Source: Eledone cirrhosa (taxonomy: Eukaryota). From it: a DNA stretch of 64,000 nucleotides. The notes under the pieces were generated by a model. That model saw only the letters and a list, made by a program, of their open reading frames with translations, had not been told where the DNA came from and made no database searches. A program made the position numbers and the translations under genes. Below, piece after piece: positions 60,801 through 64,000 of this stretch. The stretch is taken from positions 142,290,001 through 142,354,000 of the forward strand of contig OZ024743.1 of the NCBI GenBank assembly GCA_964016885.1. Reading direction: 5' to 3'. Within the stretch, counting starts at the first letter, position 1; each line of letters starts with the position of its first letter.

Positions 60801-62520
60801 AGCACCAAACACCAAACACCAAACACCAAGCACCAGGCACCAAGCACCAAACACCAAACACCAAGCACGCAGCACCAAAAACCAAGCACCAAGCACCAAG
60901 CACCAAACACCAAACACCAAGCACCAAGCACCAAGAATCAAACACCAAACACCAAACAGCAAGCACCAAGCACCAAACACCAAGCACCAAACACGAAACA
61001 CCAAGCACTAAGCACCAAACACCAAACAACAAGCACCAGGCACCAAGCACTAAACACCAAACACCAAGCACGCAGCACCAAACACCAAGCACCAAGCACC
61101 AAACACCAAGCACCAAGCACCAAATACTAAGCACCAGGCACCAAGCAGCAAACACCAAGCACCAAGCACCAAACACCAAGCACCAAACACAAAGCACCAA
61201 GCACCAAACACCAAACCCCAAGCACCAAACACCAAACCTCAAGCACCAAGCACAAAACACTAATCACCAAGCACCAAGCACCAAACAACAAGCACCAAGC
61301 ACCAAGCACCAGGCACCAAGCACCAAGCACCAAACACTAATCACCAAGCACCAACCACCAAGCACCAAACACCAAGCACCAAGCACCAAGCACAAAACAC
61401 CAAGCACCAAGCACCAAACACCAAACACCAAGCACCAAAGACCAAGCACGAAGCACCAAGCACCAAGCACCAAACAATAAGCACCAAGCACCAAGCACCA
61501 AACACCAAGCACCAAGCACCATGCACCAAGCACCAAGCACTAAGCACCAAACACCAAGCCCCAAGCACCAAGCACCAAACACCAAACACCAAGCACCAAG
61601 CACCAAACACCAAGCACCAAGCACCATGCACCTAGCACCAAACACCAAACACCAAGCACCAAGCACCAAACACCAAGCACCAATCACCAAGCACCAAACA
61701 CCAAGCAGCAAGCACCAAACACCAAGCACCAAACACCAAGCACCAAGCACCAAGCACCAAACACCAAGCACCAGCCACCAAGCACCAAACACCAAGCACC
61801 ATACACCAAGCACCAAGCCCCAAACACTTAACACCAAGCACCAAGCACCAAGCACCAAACACCAATTACCAAAAACCAAACACCAAGCACCAAGTACCAA
61901 ACACCAAGCACCAAGCACCAAACACCAAGCACCAAGCACCAATCACCAAACACCAAGAACCAAGCACCAAACACCAAGCACCAAGGACCAAACATCAAAC
62001 ACCAAGCACCAAGCACCAAACACCTAACACCAAGCACCAAGCACCAAGCACCGAACACCAAGCACATAACACCAAGCACCAAACACCAAGCACCAAGCAC
62101 CAAACACCAAGCACCAAACACCAAGCACCAAGCACCAAACACCAAGCACCAGGCACCAAGCACCAAACACCAAGCACCATGCACCAAGCACCAAGCCCCA
62201 AACACTTAACACCAAGCACCAAGCACCAAGCACCAAACACCAATCACCAAAAACCAAACACCAAGCACCAAGTACCAAACACCAAGCACCAAGCACCAAA
62301 CACCAAGCACCAAGCACCAATCACCAAACACCAAGAACCAAGCACCATACACCAAGCACCAAGCACCAAGCACCAGGCACCAAGCACCAAGCACCAAACA
62401 CAAAACACCAAGCACCAAGCACCAAGCAGCAAACACCAAGCATCAAACACCAAACACCAAACACCAAGCACCAAACACCAAGCACCAAGCACCAAACACC
62501 AAACACCAAGCACCAAGCAC
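57820..62520. repeat. Duplication with offset 2681 bp (383 monomers): ~57820-59835 and ~60500-62515
   Basis: cccctag at 57842/60523; ORF pairs 58583/61264, 58840/61521 and 59525/62206 all at offset 2681 with few substitutions. Confidence 0.88.
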
Positions 62521-64000
62521 CAAGCACCAAACAACAAACACCAAGCACCAAACACCAGATATCAAGCACCAAGCACCAAACACCAAACACCAAGCACCAA
62601 GCACCAAACACCAAACAACAAGCACCAGGCACCAAGCACCAAACACCAAACACCAAGCACCAAGCACCAAACACCAAACACCAAGCACGCAGCATCAAAC
62701 ACCAAGCACCAAGCACCAAGCACCAAGCACCAAACACCAAGCTCCAAGCACCAAACACCAAGCACAAACACAAAGCACCAAGCACCAAACACCAAGCACC
62801 AAGCACCAAACACCTAGCAGCAAGCACCAAACACCAAACCACAAGCACCAAACACCAAACCCCAAGCACCAAGCACCAAACACTAATCACCAAGCACCAA
62901 GCACCAAACAACAAGCACCAAGCACCAAGCACCAGGCACCAAGCACCAAGCACCAAACACTAATCACCAAGCACCAAGCACCAAGCACCAAACACCAAGC
63001 ACCAAGCACCAAGCACAAAATACCAAGCACCAAGCACCAAACACCAAACACCAAGCACCAAAGACCAAGCACGAAGCACCAAGCACCAAGCACCAAACAA
63101 TAAGCACCAAGCACCAAGCACCAAACACCAAGCACCAAGCACCAAACACCAACCACCCAGCACCAAGCACCAAGCACCAAACACCAGGCACCAAACACTA
63201 AACACCAAACACCAAGCACCAAGCACCAAGCACCAAACACCAAGCACCAAGCACTAAGCACCAAACACCAAGCCCCAAGCACCAAGCACCAAACACCAAA
63301 CACCAAGCACCAAGCAACAAACACCAAGCAGCAAGCAGCAAGCACCAAACAACAAACACCAAGCACCAAGCACCAAACACCAAGCACCAAGCACCAAACA
63401 CCAAACACCAAGCACCAAAGACCAAGCACGAAGCACCAAGCACCAAGCACCAAACAATAAGCACCAAGCACCAAGCACCAAACACCAAGCACCAAACACC
63501 AAGCCCCAAGCACCAAGCACCAAACACCAAACACCAAGCACCAAGCACCAAACACCAAGCACCAAGCACCATGCACCTAGCACCAAACACCAAACACCAA
63601 GCACCAAGCACCAAACACCAAGCACCAATCACCAAGCACCAAACACCAAGCAGCAAGCAGCAAGCACCAAACACCAAACACCAAGCACCAAGCACCAAAC
63701 ACCAAGCACCAAGGACCAAACATCAAACACCAAGCACCAAGCACCAAACACCTAACACCAAGCACCAAGCACCAAGCACCAAGCACCGAACACCAAGCAC
63801 ATAACACCAAGCACCAAACACCAAGCACCAAGCACCAAACACCAAGCACCAAACACCAAGCACCAAGCACCAAACACCAACCACCCAGCACCAAGCACCA
63901 AGCACCAAACACCAGGCACCAAACACTAAACACCAAACACCAAGCACCAAGCACCAAGCACCAAACACCAAGCACCAAGCACTAAGCACCAAACACCAAG

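Larger units (their letters stand above)
1..64000. repeat. Heptameric tandem satellite array, consensus (CACCAAR)n = CACCAAG/CACCAAA; minus strand (YTTGGTG)n; ~9,140 monomers, continuing past both window edges
   Basis: Read directly: the window starts with caccaag at 1 and ends with caccaag at 63994-64000. Every line parses into 7-mers of this consensus or close variants (cagcaag, caccaat, catcaaa, cactaag, ccccaag, caccagg, taccaaa). No inversion or foreign insert seen. Confidence 0.99.

Noticed and set aside
2731-62768. Cumulative phase stays between -2 and +3 across the window, suggesting global phase compensation
   Set aside because: With ~20 steps, many of them duplicated copies of one event, this range is what an unbiased random walk would give.
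63063-63480. Second 357-bp offset (gaccaag cacgaag..caataag at 63063 and 63420) equal to the 357-bp period at 56.3-57.0 kb
   Set aside because: The match is short, involves a different module, and all offsets are multiples of 7, so the equal size is plausibly coincidence.
1-64000. CRISPR-like repeat-spacer array
   Set aside because: There are no unique spacers, no 23-47-bp direct repeats separated by non-repeat DNA, and no cas genes; the variation is point mutation within monomers.
1-64000. Array synthesised directly by telomerase, or bacterial heptamer repeats (cyanobacterial STRR type)
   Set aside because: Rare variants are copied in multi-kb blocks, which de novo templated addition would not produce. 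Bacterial heptamer tracts are short and lie among genes, unlike this gene-free >=64-kb array.
1-64000. Low-complexity sequencing artefact or synthetic data-encoding DNA
   Set aside because: Nested duplications with shared and private mutations, whole-unit indels and a consistent register look like natural satellite evolution, not noise or designed code.

Overview
The entire 64-kb window is one uninterrupted, single-orientation tandem satellite array of a 7-bp monomer CACCAAR (CACCAAG/CACCAAA; minus strand YTTGGTG), about 9,140 units. I found no genes, RNA genes, transposons, CRISPR arrays or unique sequence. Every listed ORF is a translation artefact of the stop-free heptamer (PSTKHQA-type on +, LGAWCLV-type on -). 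An array this long points to a eukaryotic heterochromatic locus (centromeric, pericentromeric or telomere-associated); the organism cannot be identified. The array is hierarchical. The last base of the monomer is a G/A dimorphism. Rare variant monomers act as landmarks that recur in a fixed order, defining an old ~1.3-1.5-kb higher-order cycle. On top of this lie nested, younger duplications (77, 140, 357, 553, 911, ~1250, 2681, 2948, 3192, 3333, ~3820 and ~10,400 bp). The 7-bp register is broken by only about 21 off-length units. Several CpG-containing landmarks show TpG/CpA derivatives. Offsets were derived by hand from landmark positions and the ORF track; block boundaries are approximate.
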